Positions 30,885-42,114 are shown, counted from the stretch's first letter. The stretch is 64,000 nt of DNA from an uncultured Chloroflexia bacterium (GCA_963765765.1 CAVXYC010000001.1:320001-384000), one strand, 5' to 3'. Notes: generated from the letters alone by a model not told the origin. A program made the numbers and translations.

Positions 30885-31514
30885 TCAGGCGTTGATCAAG
30901 GCGATCGCATCGTCCACATCCATCACGCGGGCGTAAATAGGAAACACGCGCGTCATGAATATGTCCTTTACTTCCGGGCGCATGGAGCTGCAGGCATCGC
31001 GCAGAACGATCTGGTTGAAATCCATATCACGGCCCGCGTAAGCGGTGCTGGCGATTCCCACTTCAATGGCACCGCCGGCCAGCAGAATGGTGTCGATGCC
31101 TGCTGTGCGTAGGCTGAGCTCGAAGTGCGTCTGGAAAAACGTGCTCCAGCGGTGCTTCTTGATAACGTAGTCGCCCGGCTGGGGGGCGATCTCGGGGATG
31201 ACCTGAGAGCCGGTGCTGTCTCCTACCACGGGCGGTGGCATGGTCTTTCTCGGTGGATCGCCCGGACTGCCCGTGTAGCCAAGATCAGCGATGTGCGGCG
31301 CAAAGTCTTTGTGGTCGGGGCGATGATCCGCCTGTGCATAGAACACCGAGATGCCCGCCTCACGACAGGCGGAATTGATTTTCTGGAGCGTTGGAATGAT
31401 TCCTGACGCGTCCACGGCGGCCTGCTTCTCAGGGTCGTCAGGATGCAAATAAATATTGAGACAGTCGAAGAAGAGCAACGCTGTCTTCGATGGGATGATC
31501 GGGAACTCAGCCAC
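30885..31514 (-). CDS. isochorismatase-family hydrolase
   Basis: KTALLFFD, IKKHRWSTF, STAYAGRD; tandem paralog. Confidence 0.9.
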   Translation of the reverse strand: MAEFPIIPSKTALLFFDCLNIYLHPDDPEKQAAVDASGIIPTLQKINSACREAGISVFYAQADHRPDHKDFAPHIADLGYTGSPGDPPRKTMPPPVVGDSTGSQVIPEIAPQPGDYVIKKHRWSTFFQTHFELSLRTAGIDTILLAGGAIEVGIASTAYAGRDMDFNQIVLRDACSSMRPEVKDIFMTRVFPIYARVMDVDDAIALINA

Positions 31515-31606
31515 GGTGGACCTCCATGCGATTAGGCCTAAACATTGATGGATGGATTGTCGGAATTTCGAGCTGCTTCATCCACAGACGCAGCTCACAG
31601 GCTGTT

Positions 31607-32830
31607 TTACTGAACCGCGCGTTTGAGCACCGGTTCCTGCTTCGTCCAGAATTCAAACTCGCGCTCTTTGAGCTGTCGAAATTCGCGTGCTGAAACCGGG
31701 GACAGCTCGGACTCGAACCCCGACGTCTTTGTCCATTCGAGGAACGTCGGGTCCGCGGCAGCCCTGAGCGTGGCCCGCTCCAGTATGTCCAGGATCTCGG
31801 CTGGCGTGCCGGGCGGCGCCGCGAAGCCGGAACGCATCGCCCCAACGCCCTCGATGGTCTCTTGATTCGGCAATCCCAGCTCGCGTGCGTTGGGGACATC
31901 CGGAAGGAGCGGGCTCCGCCCGTCCTGTGGCCACAGGACGGCCACCGGTCGCGAGTCACCCGACTGAATAAAGGGCAGGCCGGATGACACGCCCGCATTG
32001 ATGAACACGTCCAGGTCCCCACGGGCCATCGCTGGCATGAGATCGCCGGTTCCGGCGAAGCCGCCCACGTGAACCACGTTCTGCAATCCCAACGCCGCCG
32101 CGACCACGGCATGAGTGGACAAGAAACCGCCGAGCCCGTTGTGGCCCATACGGATGCGCTGCCCAGCTTTGTCCGCCGCGATGATGTCCGCCACGGATTT
32201 GAACGGCGCGTCTCTTCCTACTACCAGGACGGACGGGCTGTGATAGCGAAGGCCAGCCACCCAGCTCCATTTCGAGAGATCCACTCCCTGCGGGTCCTCG
32301 ACGAAAGCACTCACAAAGAGCTGGGTGTCCGAAAAATAGCCCATAGTATAGCCATCTGGCGGTGATGACTGAAACTGGCGCGCGCCGATGCGCTGACCGC
32401 CGCCCGGGACGTTCTTGATGGCCACGGGCTGGCCAAGCTCCTTCTGGAGCGGGATGGCGATCTGCCGCGCCAGCGCGTCAAACCCGCCGCCGGGCGGAAA
32501 CGGCAGCACGATCTCGATGGGCTTATTGGGAAAGCCGCCCGCGGTTTTGGCAATGGGTGGCGGGAGCGGCGCCGAACTGACCGCCGCTGCCGGTGATGCT
32601 GCCGGTGAGCTGGCCGGCGCTGGCGAGCCAACCGGTGATGCCGCAGGTGAGCCCGCGGGCGCAGGTGCAGGCGTGGCCGCGGGCTTCGCCGTTGGCGACG
32701 GAGCAGCCGCGGGAGCGCACGCGACTATCGCGGCCAGCATTGTAAGAAGTGCCAGCGACGTGAACGAGCGGGACCCGAAACCGCAAAGCGAGACTGCGAA
32801 GAACGACGGGCGATTCAACCTCATTGCCAC
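31607..32830 (-). CDS. tripartite tricarboxylate transporter (Bug/TctC) binding lipoprotein
   Basis: FPNKPIEIVLPFPPGGGFDALAR, NVPGGG, PDGYT, PPGTP. Confidence 0.92.
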   Translation of the reverse strand: MAMRLNRPSFFAVSLCGFGSRSFTSLALLTMLAAIVACAPAAAPSPTAKPAATPAPAPAGSPAASPVGSPAPASSPAASPAAAVSSAPLPPPIAKTAGGFPNKPIEIVLPFPPGGGFDALARQIAIPLQKELGQPVAIKNVPGGGQRIGARQFQSSPPDGYTMGYFSDTQLFVSAFVEDPQGVDLSKWSWVAGLRYHSPSVLVVGRDAPFKSVADIIAADKAGQRIRMGHNGLGGFLSTHAVVAAALGLQNVVHVGGFAGTGDLMPAMARGDLDVFINAGVSSGLPFIQSGDSRPVAVLWPQDGRSPLLPDVPNARELGLPNQETIEGVGAMRSGFAAPPGTPAEILDILERATLRAAADPTFLEWTKTSGFESELSPVSAREFRQLKEREFEFWTKQEPVLKRAVQ

Positions 32831-33174
32831 ATCCCTCAGCTCAAACGAGCAGCAGCTTCGTACCGCGATCCCCGGTGCTTGTCAAGCATAGGATGGGCGA
32901 GCGGGGACAGACCCTGGGGAGACAGCCGGCAGTCTGGCCAAGCGAGGTCACTGAATCCAGTTGCGCCAAAGCTCCTCTGCTCGGTCTGCGATTTCACGAC
33001 CGATGATTTGACGCAGTACGGTGCGATGTCTCTTGTCGTAGTATTCTCAGCGGCAATGTATCCACTGTTTCGGTTTCATGATGCCGACAACCACCCGCTA
33101 GGCGTGCTGATGAAGAAGGGATTCGCGTTGAGCGTTGTCGAGTTCAAGCTCCGAGCTCGGGAGATTGAATTCCG

Positions 33175-34163
33175 ATGCAGGTAGCCCCGGGCATTGAGAG
33201 CATCCGATTACCCATGCCGGATAGCTTTACGACCTCGGTGAACGTCTACCTGATTCGTGACAACGATGGTTTCGTTCTGGTCGATACCGGTCTGAGATCG
33301 ACGACTCAAGAGAGACGCTCGTGGCCGCGCTTGCCGACCTGGGAACCACGCCCGACGATATCCACACGGTTGTCTCCACGCACGGGCATCACGATCACTA
33401 CGGATTGGCGGCGCACCTCGGTCGGGAGCATGGTACCCGCATCTGGCTCCATGAGAGTGACTGGGCCTATATCAAGCTTCGCTATGGTTCTCCCGACTCG
33501 TTTCGCTCCATGCAGCTCGAATGGCTCACGCGATATGGGATGCCCGAGGATGTAGGAGCCCGAGCTACTCGTTCGCTGGGAATGGGTACTCAATCCATTT
33601 CCCTCGTTGAACCCGACCGCACACTGACCGGCGGTGAAACGCTTGATGTTGGCCCGTATCACTTCGAGGTCCAGTGGACTCCGGGACATACGCCGGGACA
33701 CGTATGTCTGCTGGACCGTCAACACGAGCTGCTCTTTTCCGGCGACCACATTCTGCCCACTATCAACTCGAATGTGAGCCTTCAGCCCTATTCCAGTGTC
33801 AACCCTTTGCCCGGTTACTTGGACTCATTAAGAGAATTAGCGACGACGCCCATCCGTCTGACTATGCCGGGTCACGGCGACTCCATGACGACCGTGTCAG
33901 ACCGCGCTCACCAAATCGCGCAGCACCAGCTTAAGCGACGCGAGCGTCTCCTTGACGTAATTGCAACGCGGGCCCAGACACCATACGAGCTCGCGGCGTT
34001 CATCTGGGCCGAAAGCAAGCCGAATAATTGGGATCAGTTCCCGGATTTTCTGCGCCGCAATGCGGTCGGGACGCTCATCGCACATCTAGAGCAGTTGGCG
34101 GATGAGGGGCTGGTGTCGCGCGAGGAGGACCAGACCGTAAGGTTCGCATCGCTCGCGGGCTAG
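33175..34163 (+). CDS. MBL-fold metallo-hydrolase (frameshift ~33310)
   Basis: VNVYL, LVDTG, THGHHDHYG, TPGHTPGH, FSGDH, PGHG. Confidence 0.9.
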
Positions 34164-34184
34164 TGGCCGGGCAGATGCCGAACA

Positions 34185-34577
34185 TTACGTGCGAACGAGG
34201 CGAGCCACGGTTTGGAGAAGATCTTCCAGCTCAAAGGGCTTGGGGAGAACGTCAACACCGCTTTCGCGCAGATCGGAGGCCGTTTCTAGAAGATGTGCTC
34301 CGGCGGTGCAAATGAGTATGGGGAGCGCGGCCGTTTCGGGTGAGCCCTTGATGGCGCGAAACAGTGCTTCACCGTTCATGGATCCGCGGATGAGCCAGTC
34401 GATGAGCACCAGGGACGGCGGAGATGAGGTCAATGCTGATAACGCGGAGGCGGCGTCACCAAAGCTCGAGGTTTGATAGCCTTCTCCATCGAGAATTGCA
34501 CAGATGACCTCGCAGATCGTCGGATCGTCATCAACCACAACGATCACCTGATTCTCCGCCTGAGATGCTGTGTTCAT
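34185..34577 (-). CDS. single-domain response regulator
   Basis: VVVDDD, LVLIDW, KPFELEDL. Confidence 0.88.
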   Translation of the reverse strand: MNTASQAENQVIVVVDDDPTICEVICAILDGEGYQTSSFGDAASALSALTSSPPSLVLIDWLIRGSMNGEALFRAIKGSPETAALPILICTAGAHLLETASDLRESGVDVLPKPFELEDLLQTVARLVRT

Positions 34578-34714
34578 TCGACTCGGCACCATACCAGGCC
34601 AATACCCGTGTGTCTGTACGGTTGATGACTTAGCAGCCGAAGTTATGTAGAAATACATAAAGTCTGTGCGAGGACTTCCCCGCGGCCGATATGGGGCAAC
34701 GTGGTCTGAGAAGC

Positions 34715-35578
34715 TCAGATACGCGAAGCCCGGCACTCAAGGACCGTGACTGGCGTCCGCTCGAGCGCTTCCCGAAATGCCTCGACGGAAGCGTAGCGTT
34801 GATCGGGAATGAGCTTCGCTGGCAGTGGGAATATGCCGGGCGAGTCGTCGAATGGGTAGGGATCGAGCGTCATCGAGAGCTCACCCGCGGCGGTGCATTG
34901 AAGCCTCGTTTCCGAATCGTTCGGCAGGGGCAATGGGGCAAGTTCTCCACCAGCGGCGAGACGGAATGTGTACAGGATGGAGAGTCGGTCCCATATCTGT
35001 AGTAGACGGTAGTTCCGCCAGAGCTCAGTTTCATCAGTGATGTCCGAGCGCATCGGTCGGCCGAGAACTGTGGGAGCGAGTGTGCGGCGCAAATCCTCTT
35101 GCTCGGCCAGAAACGTTTCTGCCAGGGCCCGCTCGTCGGTATTCCAGGTTCGCGGCATTGGCGCCGTGCCAAAGCGGTTGTTATAGAGGCCACTCAAATG
35201 CAGACTCACCAGCATCCCCTGGAACGGTCCACGCGCAAGCGCTTGCTCAACGCACCCACGGTACATTGGCACCTGGTAGTGCGGGGAGAGCTCACGGAAG
35301 TCCCGCGGCCAACCGGTCTCGGGATTCAACGGAGGGTACGTGTCCGTGGCCCAGCCGCCATCGTGAACCGTAGCGGCTTCAAGGACGTTTGAGCGAGGAG
35401 ACGGCTGTGAGACGACGTCATTCCCCCAGTGGTGTGCGAATTCGCCGACCTGACGACTGTGATCGGTGAGATGCACCACCAGGAGCTGACCTCTGAACCG
35501 CTGAAGTATGAGCACGTCCTCATCATCCTGCGCCTCAGGGGCCGCCTCGTCAAGCGTTGTGACCGTCAGTCCTTCCAT
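34715..35578 (-). CDS. DUF3891-like protein
   Basis: DHSRQVGEFAHHWGN, HDGGW, LVSLH, LLQIWDRLS, LDPYPF. Confidence 0.78.
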   Translation of the reverse strand: MEGLTVTTLDEAAPEAQDDEDVLILQRFRGQLLVVHLTDHSRQVGEFAHHWGNDVVSQPSPRSNVLEAATVHDGGWATDTYPPLNPETGWPRDFRELSPHYQVPMYRGCVEQALARGPFQGMLVSLHLSGLYNNRFGTAPMPRTWNTDERALAETFLAEQEDLRRTLAPTVLGRPMRSDITDETELWRNYRLLQIWDRLSILYTFRLAAGGELAPLPLPNDSETRLQCTAAGELSMTLDPYPFDDSPGIFPLPAKLIPDQRYASVEAFREALERTPVTVLECRASRI

Positions 35579-35629
35579 TGGGCTGAGTAGAAGTCCCGCT
35601 TCGCCCACGCGATGGATCATTCGGCACAA

Positions 35630-35670
35630 TTGACACTGTTCCAAATGTGGCCTAGGCTCGTGCTAGGCCA
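35630..35670 (+). promoter_or_regulatory. sigma70 promoter overlapped by palindromic operator
   Basis: TTGACA-N17-TAGGCT, with TGGCCTAG-N7-CTAGGCCA over the -10. Confidence 0.65.
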
Positions 35671-35693
35671 GCGACCGCAAGAGGAGGTGAGCC

Positions 35694-36236
35694 ATGGCGT
35701 CATTGGACCCCATCGATATACCGGTGAATGCGAATCCGTACACGCTGCCGGCGGATCGGCACGGCTGGCGCGGTTTGAGCTTGCCGGGGCATCGGCGGCG
35801 CAAGTGGTACACATTGCTGCACAACGACACTGTCCTGGTGACCGCCCTCCTGCTCATTCCGGGCGAGGCCAGCGTGCGGCATTCACACGAAACGGGCGAG
35901 CTCTCCATCCAGTACGACGGTGTGATGAAACCTCGCGTGCTCTGGCACCCTCCCGGGGAGATCCACAGTGGCGCGCCGGCAAGCGCCCCGGACGAAGCAG
36001 CCCGCCAGGCGGCGGAAGACCAAGCCCTGCGTGGCGCTGATGGGTCGCCAATGGCGGAGCTCCTGGAGAGGCTTGTCATTGACAACCGCGAAATGCGCGC
36101 CAAGCTCGACGCAATATCCCAGTCTCAGCGCGAGCCACGCATCATCGTGGACGTGTTGTTTCCACCGTTCAAGACGACAATTGACGATCCCGACTATCCA
36201 GAGCAGGTCACTATTGCAGGTCAGTGGTACGACTAA
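35694..36236 (+). CDS. cupin-like protein
   Basis: RBS GAGGAGG; PGEASVRHSHETGE ... PPGEIH, later IVDVLFPP. Confidence 0.7.
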   Translation: MASLDPIDIPVNANPYTLPADRHGWRGLSLPGHRRRKWYTLLHNDTVLVTALLLIPGEASVRHSHETGELSIQYDGVMKPRVLWHPPGEIHSGAPASAPDEAARQAAEDQALRGADGSPMAELLERLVIDNREMRAKLDAISQSQREPRIIVDVLFPPFKTTIDDPDYPEQVTIAGQWYD

Positions 36237-36284
36237 GCCCGCGGAGTAGACGGCGGGAGACCGCAGTAATAATGGGAGAACGCA

Positions 36285-37571
36285 ATGCTATCGCGTGAAG
36301 AAAACGAAGCGCTGTGTAGGGTGGGGCCCGGCACGCTGATGGGTGCGCTGTTCCGACGCTACTGGCTGCCGCTCATGCATGAATCCGAGCTCAAGGTTGA
36401 CGATGCGCCGATGCGCGTTCGCATCCTGGGCGAGGACCTCATGGCCTTCAAGGATAGCGAAGGCCGCGTGGGGGTTACGGAGGAGCTCTGTCCTCATCGA
36501 CTGGCGCCTCTTTACATTGGAAGGAACGAAGAGAGCGGCATTCGCTGTCTCTACCACGGCTGGAAGTTTGACATCACCGGCACATGCGTGGATATGCCCA
36601 ATGAGCCAGCCGATAGCACGTTCAAGTCGAAAGTGAAGCTGCGTGCGTACTCAGCGCACGTCCATGGAGGCCTCGTCTGGGTGTATATGGGTGATCCCGA
36701 GCGCGTTCCCGGGTTCCCCGTCTATCGCTGGACCACCGTTCCTGAGTCACACCGAATCTCGGCGCGGTGGATTCAGGACGCCAACTGGATGCAGAGCCTC
36801 GAAGGCGGAATCGACACCTCACATGCGTCATTCCTGCATCGTCGCTTTGATCCAATGACGCGTGCGGTGGAGCAGCAAAAAGGAAGTGAGGCCGGTAATC
36901 GCGATCTCATGTGGCATGACAAGGCGCCTCGCTTAGAGCTGCAATACACCAACTACGGGTTTCGCTACGCGGCCATCCGCGAGGCGCCGGAGGGCAAAAA
37001 GTACGTCCGCATCACCCCGCATATCATGCCCTGCAGCTCCAACCCGCCCGGAGTGTACGGGCAGAATCGGATCTGGAACTGCTGGGTTCCGCGGGATGAC
37101 GAGAGCTCCTGGGCCTGGGACATCTCGTATCACGAGACACGGCCGCTGGATCCCGTCGAGGTCGAAGGACTGAGAGAGGTGCGCGGCTACAACTCATACG
37201 ATCCAGCCACCTTCCGTAAGTACGGCAATCGCGAAAATCGCTGGCAGCAGGACCGAGAGTCCATGAAGACGGTGAGCTGGTCGGGTATTCGCGGGATCTT
37301 TGTCCAGGACAACGCGGTCCAGGAGGGGATGGGCGCGATCGTCGATCGCACTCGCGAGCATCTTGGCGCCGCCGATGTGGCCATCATTACCGCGCGGCGC
37401 CTGTATTTAAAGGCGGCGCGCGACCTGGCAGAGCGCGGCATCGAGCCGCCCGGGGTGGAAACGCCGGAGACCTACGCGGACATCGATTCGCACGCGGTTG
37501 TCCAGGATCCAGACGTCATCTGGCACGAGGCGTTGCCATTGGACCCGAAATTCTCGGTGGCTGCATCGTGA
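36285..37571 (+). CDS. Rieske non-heme iron oxygenase, phthalate 4,5-dioxygenase/LigXa-like
   Basis: CPHR...CLYHGWKF; NWMQSLEGGIDTSHASFLH; QD...QEGMG. Confidence 0.93.
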   Translation: MLSREENEALCRVGPGTLMGALFRRYWLPLMHESELKVDDAPMRVRILGEDLMAFKDSEGRVGVTEELCPHRLAPLYIGRNEESGIRCLYHGWKFDITGTCVDMPNEPADSTFKSKVKLRAYSAHVHGGLVWVYMGDPERVPGFPVYRWTTVPESHRISARWIQDANWMQSLEGGIDTSHASFLHRRFDPMTRAVEQQKGSEAGNRDLMWHDKAPRLELQYTNYGFRYAAIREAPEGKKYVRITPHIMPCSSNPPGVYGQNRIWNCWVPRDDESSWAWDISYHETRPLDPVEVEGLREVRGYNSYDPATFRKYGNRENRWQQDRESMKTVSWSGIRGIFVQDNAVQEGMGAIVDRTREHLGAADVAIITARRLYLKAARDLAERGIEPPGVETPETYADIDSHAVVQDPDVIWHEALPLDPKFSVAAS

Positions 37572-37785
37572 TGCTCGGGCTTGGTGGGCGGGTCTCCGTA
37601 GCCCGACGGCCTGTCGTCCTTGACGTCTGGCGAGCACGGAGATCGCCATCGGGCCGCCGGTGGCGATCTAAAAGCGCACCGACTGTAAACCACCTGGCCG
37701 TCATGTCGTAACGCCGCGCGGCGCACCGAAGCACCTTCGGTGCGCCGTCTTCTTCCCCCGGCGCGGGCGCCGGAAGGAGGATCGA

Positions 37786-39465
37786 ATGACCGTTCGACGA
37801 ATGGGGACGAGGTCCCTCAACATCGTAGGTATCCTGATCATCCTTGCGCTATCGGCCGCGTGCGCTGGCGCCCCGCCCGCTCCCACGGCTGGGACCACCA
37901 AAACTGGCGTCACTCCGAAAGTTAATCGGGTGGTCATGTCGGTCATACCACCGGCAGAGGAGAGTAATGAGCTCAGGCAGCTCAATCAGCCACAGAACTG
38001 GCAGCTCCGCCCCATGTACGAGCACCTCATTGGCATGGACGCGGAGACTGGCCAGCTCGTTCCCCAGCTCGCCACAGAGTGGACTCTCGAGCCTGACGGA
38101 ATGTCCTACCGCTTCAAGCTACGTCAAAACGTGCCGTTCCACGGCGGTCACGGCAACTTCGGGGCAAAGGATGTGCTGTTCTCCTGGAAGGACTTGACGC
38201 AACAGGACTCTATCCATGGTGAGGCCGGGTACTGGCGCTCGGTGGTGAAGGATATTGAGATCGTCAATGACAACGAGGTCGTGTTCCGCATGGCCGGGCC
38301 AGACGGGAACTTCCTCGTGGCGGTCTCACAGGCGCAGGGCGGCATGGAGATGCGCAGCAAGCAGCACTTTGACGCCATGGGTCCGCCCACCATGCAGAGC
38401 GGCCCCCTGGCTGGTACTGGCCCGTACCAGTTCAAGGAACGGACGCAGGGGCAGAATGTCATCTTCGAGCGCGTGCCGTATCAGCACTGGCGGGCCACAC
38501 CCGACTTCCCAGAGTTCGAGTTCCGATTTCAGCGTGAGCCTTCCACGCGTCTGGCCGCGCTGCTCTCGGGCGAAGTGCACGTCACTAGTCTGCCGGAGGA
38601 CCTTCTTGGGCAGGCCGAGAGTCAAGGCTACGGCGTCGTGAAGGGCCGCGTGCCGGGGCTGCGCACGTTCCTGTCGTACTACTGCTGCTATGTGGCGGAT
38701 CCGAACGATCTGTCCAAGGGATACAAGTATCCTGACACGCCGTTACAGGACGTGCGCGTCCGCAAGGCGCTGGACAAGGCGATCAATCGCGATCAAATCA
38801 ACAAGTCGTTCTTCGCCGGCAAGGGCGAGCTCATGATCATGCCGCACCATCATCCCACGCGCATGGGCTGGAACCCGGACTGGGAGAAGCAGTTCCAGGA
38901 GGAGTACGGCTACGATCCGGACAAGGCACGGGCGCTATTGGCCGAGGCCGGGTATGGTCCGTCGAAGCCGCTGACCACGTCCATGCTGCTCCAGCCGCTT
39001 CCTCAGTACGCCGGCGCGGAGGACGTGCAGGAGGCCATCGCTGGATTCTGGCGCACGGTCGGGGTGAATGTGGAATCGCTCCAGCGAGACCCTGGCGAGA
39101 TCGCACAGCGCTCGCGCCAGCAGCAATACGACAATCACGTTACGGTGACGGGCACCAGCTCCGCGCAGCTCATTGCCATGGTCTATACCAGCACCACCGC
39201 CGGACGAAACCCTGGAGCGGCAGCGGTGCAGGACCCGAACACGGAGAGGTTGGTCCGCCAGCTTTACAGCACCGTGGACACGCAGAAGCAGGAGCAGCTC
39301 TGGCGTGAGCTGGGCGACTACCTCTTCCCATTCCACGGTCAGGTCTCGCTCTTCTGGCTCCCGGCCCAGGCGGTGATCAACACCAAGATCGTATCGGACT
39401 ACGTCTTCCCGGGCGCGATCACCGGAACCTGGACGCATGTGGAGGGGGTGAAGGCGGCTCAGTGA
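37786..39465 (+). CDS. family 5 (peptide/nickel) ABC substrate-binding lipoprotein
   Basis: SAAC lipobox, PQLATEW, FKLRQNVPFH, GTGPYQF, DVRVRKAL. Confidence 0.92.
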   Translation: MTVRRMGTRSLNIVGILIILALSAACAGAPPAPTAGTTKTGVTPKVNRVVMSVIPPAEESNELRQLNQPQNWQLRPMYEHLIGMDAETGQLVPQLATEWTLEPDGMSYRFKLRQNVPFHGGHGNFGAKDVLFSWKDLTQQDSIHGEAGYWRSVVKDIEIVNDNEVVFRMAGPDGNFLVAVSQAQGGMEMRSKQHFDAMGPPTMQSGPLAGTGPYQFKERTQGQNVIFERVPYQHWRATPDFPEFEFRFQREPSTRLAALLSGEVHVTSLPEDLLGQAESQGYGVVKGRVPGLRTFLSYYCCYVADPNDLSKGYKYPDTPLQDVRVRKALDKAINRDQINKSFFAGKGELMIMPHHHPTRMGWNPDWEKQFQEEYGYDPDKARALLAEAGYGPSKPLTTSMLLQPLPQYAGAEDVQEAIAGFWRTVGVNVESLQRDPGEIAQRSRQQQYDNHVTVTGTSSAQLIAMVYTSTTAGRNPGAAAVQDPNTERLVRQLYSTVDTQKQEQLWRELGDYLFPFHGQVSLFWLPAQAVINTKIVSDYVFPGAITGTWTHVEGVKAAQ

Positions 39466-39651
39466 GCAGACGCCCTTGACTCTTTATCCGTCCCTGTGTG
39501 GCGGTCATATAGCTACCCGCCGAAGTTATGAGAGTCACGCATGTCCGCTGTGGCGCCCGAGGTTGAGAGCCTCGGGCGCTGTCGCGCTTGCTAATCGCGG
39601 AGACGGACTGACGCACGGGATTGAATATCCCCATTAATCCCGGGAGCGAGG

Positions 39652-41497
39652 CTAACGCGGGATTTCCAGTGTCGTTCCGTCGCTGTCCCCATCGGCATCG
39701 TGGTTCTCCGATGGCACGTAATTGGGGCTGAGATGGGTCACCGTGAAGCTGGCGCTGGTGGTGTTGGTCGGAAGCGCCTGCGAGTTGATCAGGCATGACC
39801 CACTGGATCCGGTGGTGCAGGTGCCGGAGCGCGATCCGCCAGTCCAGGTGTACGTTCCGGAGACTGTCACATTGGGTGCCGCCGCGTGGGAGGCGTTGTG
39901 CACGGTGATCTTCACCTCGGCTGACCACTGACGCTTATTCCGCTGGGTCGAGCTCCCGTTCAGGTCGCCCACGTGATTGTCAGCGGAAGGCGTGGCAGTA
40001 ATGGTGGCCGTTGACGTGGGCGTGCTGGACGGACCCGCAGTTGGCGTGAGTGTGGGCGTGCTTGACGGGCCAGCCGTCGGTGTACTGGTTGGCGAGGGGT
40101 TACTCGCGCCCAGCGCCTTGGCCACGTCTAGGCGGCCTCCGGTGACCACGCGGCCCGCGAGCGATGCCGTGGGAGCGCTGTTGTTTAAGATGGCGCTCTT
40201 TATCTGGGCGGCGCTGGCCCCGGGGTTGAGCGCCGCGTAGAGGGCGATGGCGCCAGTCACGTGTGGCGCCGCCATAGAGGTACCGCCCTTCGATCCGTAC
40301 GCACTCGTGGATGAGCCCAGAGTGGAGAGGATGTCCCCACCGGGCGCACCGAGGTCTACTGAGCTCGCTCCCCAGCTCGAGCTGGAGCGTTTGGCGCCGT
40401 CCTTCTCGATTGCCGCGACGGAGATGACGTTGGGCTGGTCGTAACTGGACGGGTAGTACGGTGAAGAATCGTTGCTGCGATTGTTGTTGCCCGCCGAGGC
40501 GACAAACAAGATATTGGCCGTATTTGCGCGGCCGATCGCCTCCAAAACCGCCTGTGAAAAACCCGATCCACCAAACGAGTTGTTGGTCGCGACGATGTTG
40601 ACTGGCCTTTCCTTACGGGTCTTCAGAGCAATCAGGTAGTCAAGCACGCGGGGAATGTTGGCGCTCGTACCGCCGTTGTCGTTCAGGTACTTCGTGACGA
40701 TGAGCTTCACGTTCCAGCTCACCCCGGCCACGCCTGCCGCATTGCCGCCACGGGCTCCGATGGTACCCGCTACATGAGTTCCGTGGCCGTCCGTGGAGTC
40801 CTGTGTGCCCGAGTCGAAGACTGTCTTATCGTTGTTGGAGAAGTCCCAACCGTTGATATCGTCGATGTAACCGTTCCCGTCATTGTCGATGCCGTCGCCG
40901 GCAGTCTCCAACAGGTTGGTCCAGAAGTTCATCTTCAGATCATCGTGATCAAGTCGCACCCCGTGATCGGTCACGGCAACGTAGACGTCGCCCGTTTGCG
41001 GGATTCCTACGAAGCCCGCCGCCCATGCCTCACCGGCCTGACTACCATACTGGTTGGCTGGCGAGGTGGCATCTCCGTACATGCCCCAGAGCTGGTTGCT
41101 GGTGTAGTACGGATCGTTCGACGATTCATCCGCGGTGTAGATGAAGTTGCGCTCGGCGAATCGGACCGAGGGGTGCCCATGCAGACGCGTGATGGCCTCG
41201 CTCACCGAAAGGCCGGGCGGGAGATGCACGAGCTCGAGGTCGCCTTCGGTGGGGGATGCGCGGAGCACCTCTTTGCGCGCCGCGTTCAGCGGCCCGCGAA
41301 TACCGGACTTGCCTGGCTCGTCTACCCCCGGGCGGTACTGGATGACGACCTCATCGTCGACGTAACGGGCTGACGGCGGAATCGGGTCCGCCTGCGCGGA
41401 GACGCTTGGCGGCCCCGGGCGGACTCTGCGCGCCTGCGAGCAAGCTCAGGGCCAGTGAGAGTACCAGACTGAAGCGAGCGAGATGCCGGGCATTCAT
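39652..41497 (-). CDS. secreted S8 subtilisin-like serine peptidase (frameshift ~41410)
   Basis: RBS + MNARH signal peptide; VAVTDHG, GHGTHVAG, GTSMAAPHV; PT-rich linker and C-terminal beta domain. Confidence 0.93.
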
Positions 41498-41642
41498 CGA
41501 TCAGGCCTCCAGGGCACGCCCGGCTGTAGCACGGGCGACTACATCGGCAGCCAGTGTAGCGATACCTCAGGCAGATGTACAGAGGGCAGTACCGAGATCC
41601 TCGGACAGCCCCGTGGAGTGCGGCGCGTGGTACAACGAACCC

Positions 41643-42099
41643 ATGGCACGCGCGACTTTACTGCTGGTCATTCTGGCATTCGCCGGCGTTTGCGGCTCGC
41701 CCCGCATTGCGCGAGGTGAGACGCCGGCGCCGCTTGTCCTGCTGGTGGCAACCGATCGACCGAGCTACGCTCAGGGAGACACGGCGACGGTTACCATTGC
41801 GATCGACAATCCGACCGCGTTAGCTGTACCCGTCGCGTTCCACTCGGCGCAGCGATTCGACCTCGCGGTGCGCGCTGGCGATGTCGAGGTCTGGCGCTGG
41901 TCCGCGGATCGCGATTTCGCCCAGGTGGATTCGGAGCAGGCAATTGCGCCGGGGGTGACCCTGTTGGGCCGCGTCACCTGGGATTGGCGCGACGCAACTG
42001 GCGCGCCGCTGCACCCGGGGCCTATCGGCTCGTCGGCTCGATGAGCGGAACGCCCCCGTGGAGGGAAACGTCCTGCTCATCGAGCTGAGCGCGCCGTAA
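41643..42099 (+). CDS. BsuPI-like proteinase inhibitor domain protein (C-terminal frameshifts)
   Basis: Signal peptide; FHSAQRFDL...EVWRWSADRDFAQ...IAPG pattern. Confidence 0.78.
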
Positions 42100-42114
42100 G
42101 ATTCTAGAGCTCCG

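Noticed and set aside
39975-40100. Tandem repeats encoding PTAGPSSTPT
   Set aside because: Ordinary Pro/Thr protein linker, not a CRISPR array or DNA repeat element.
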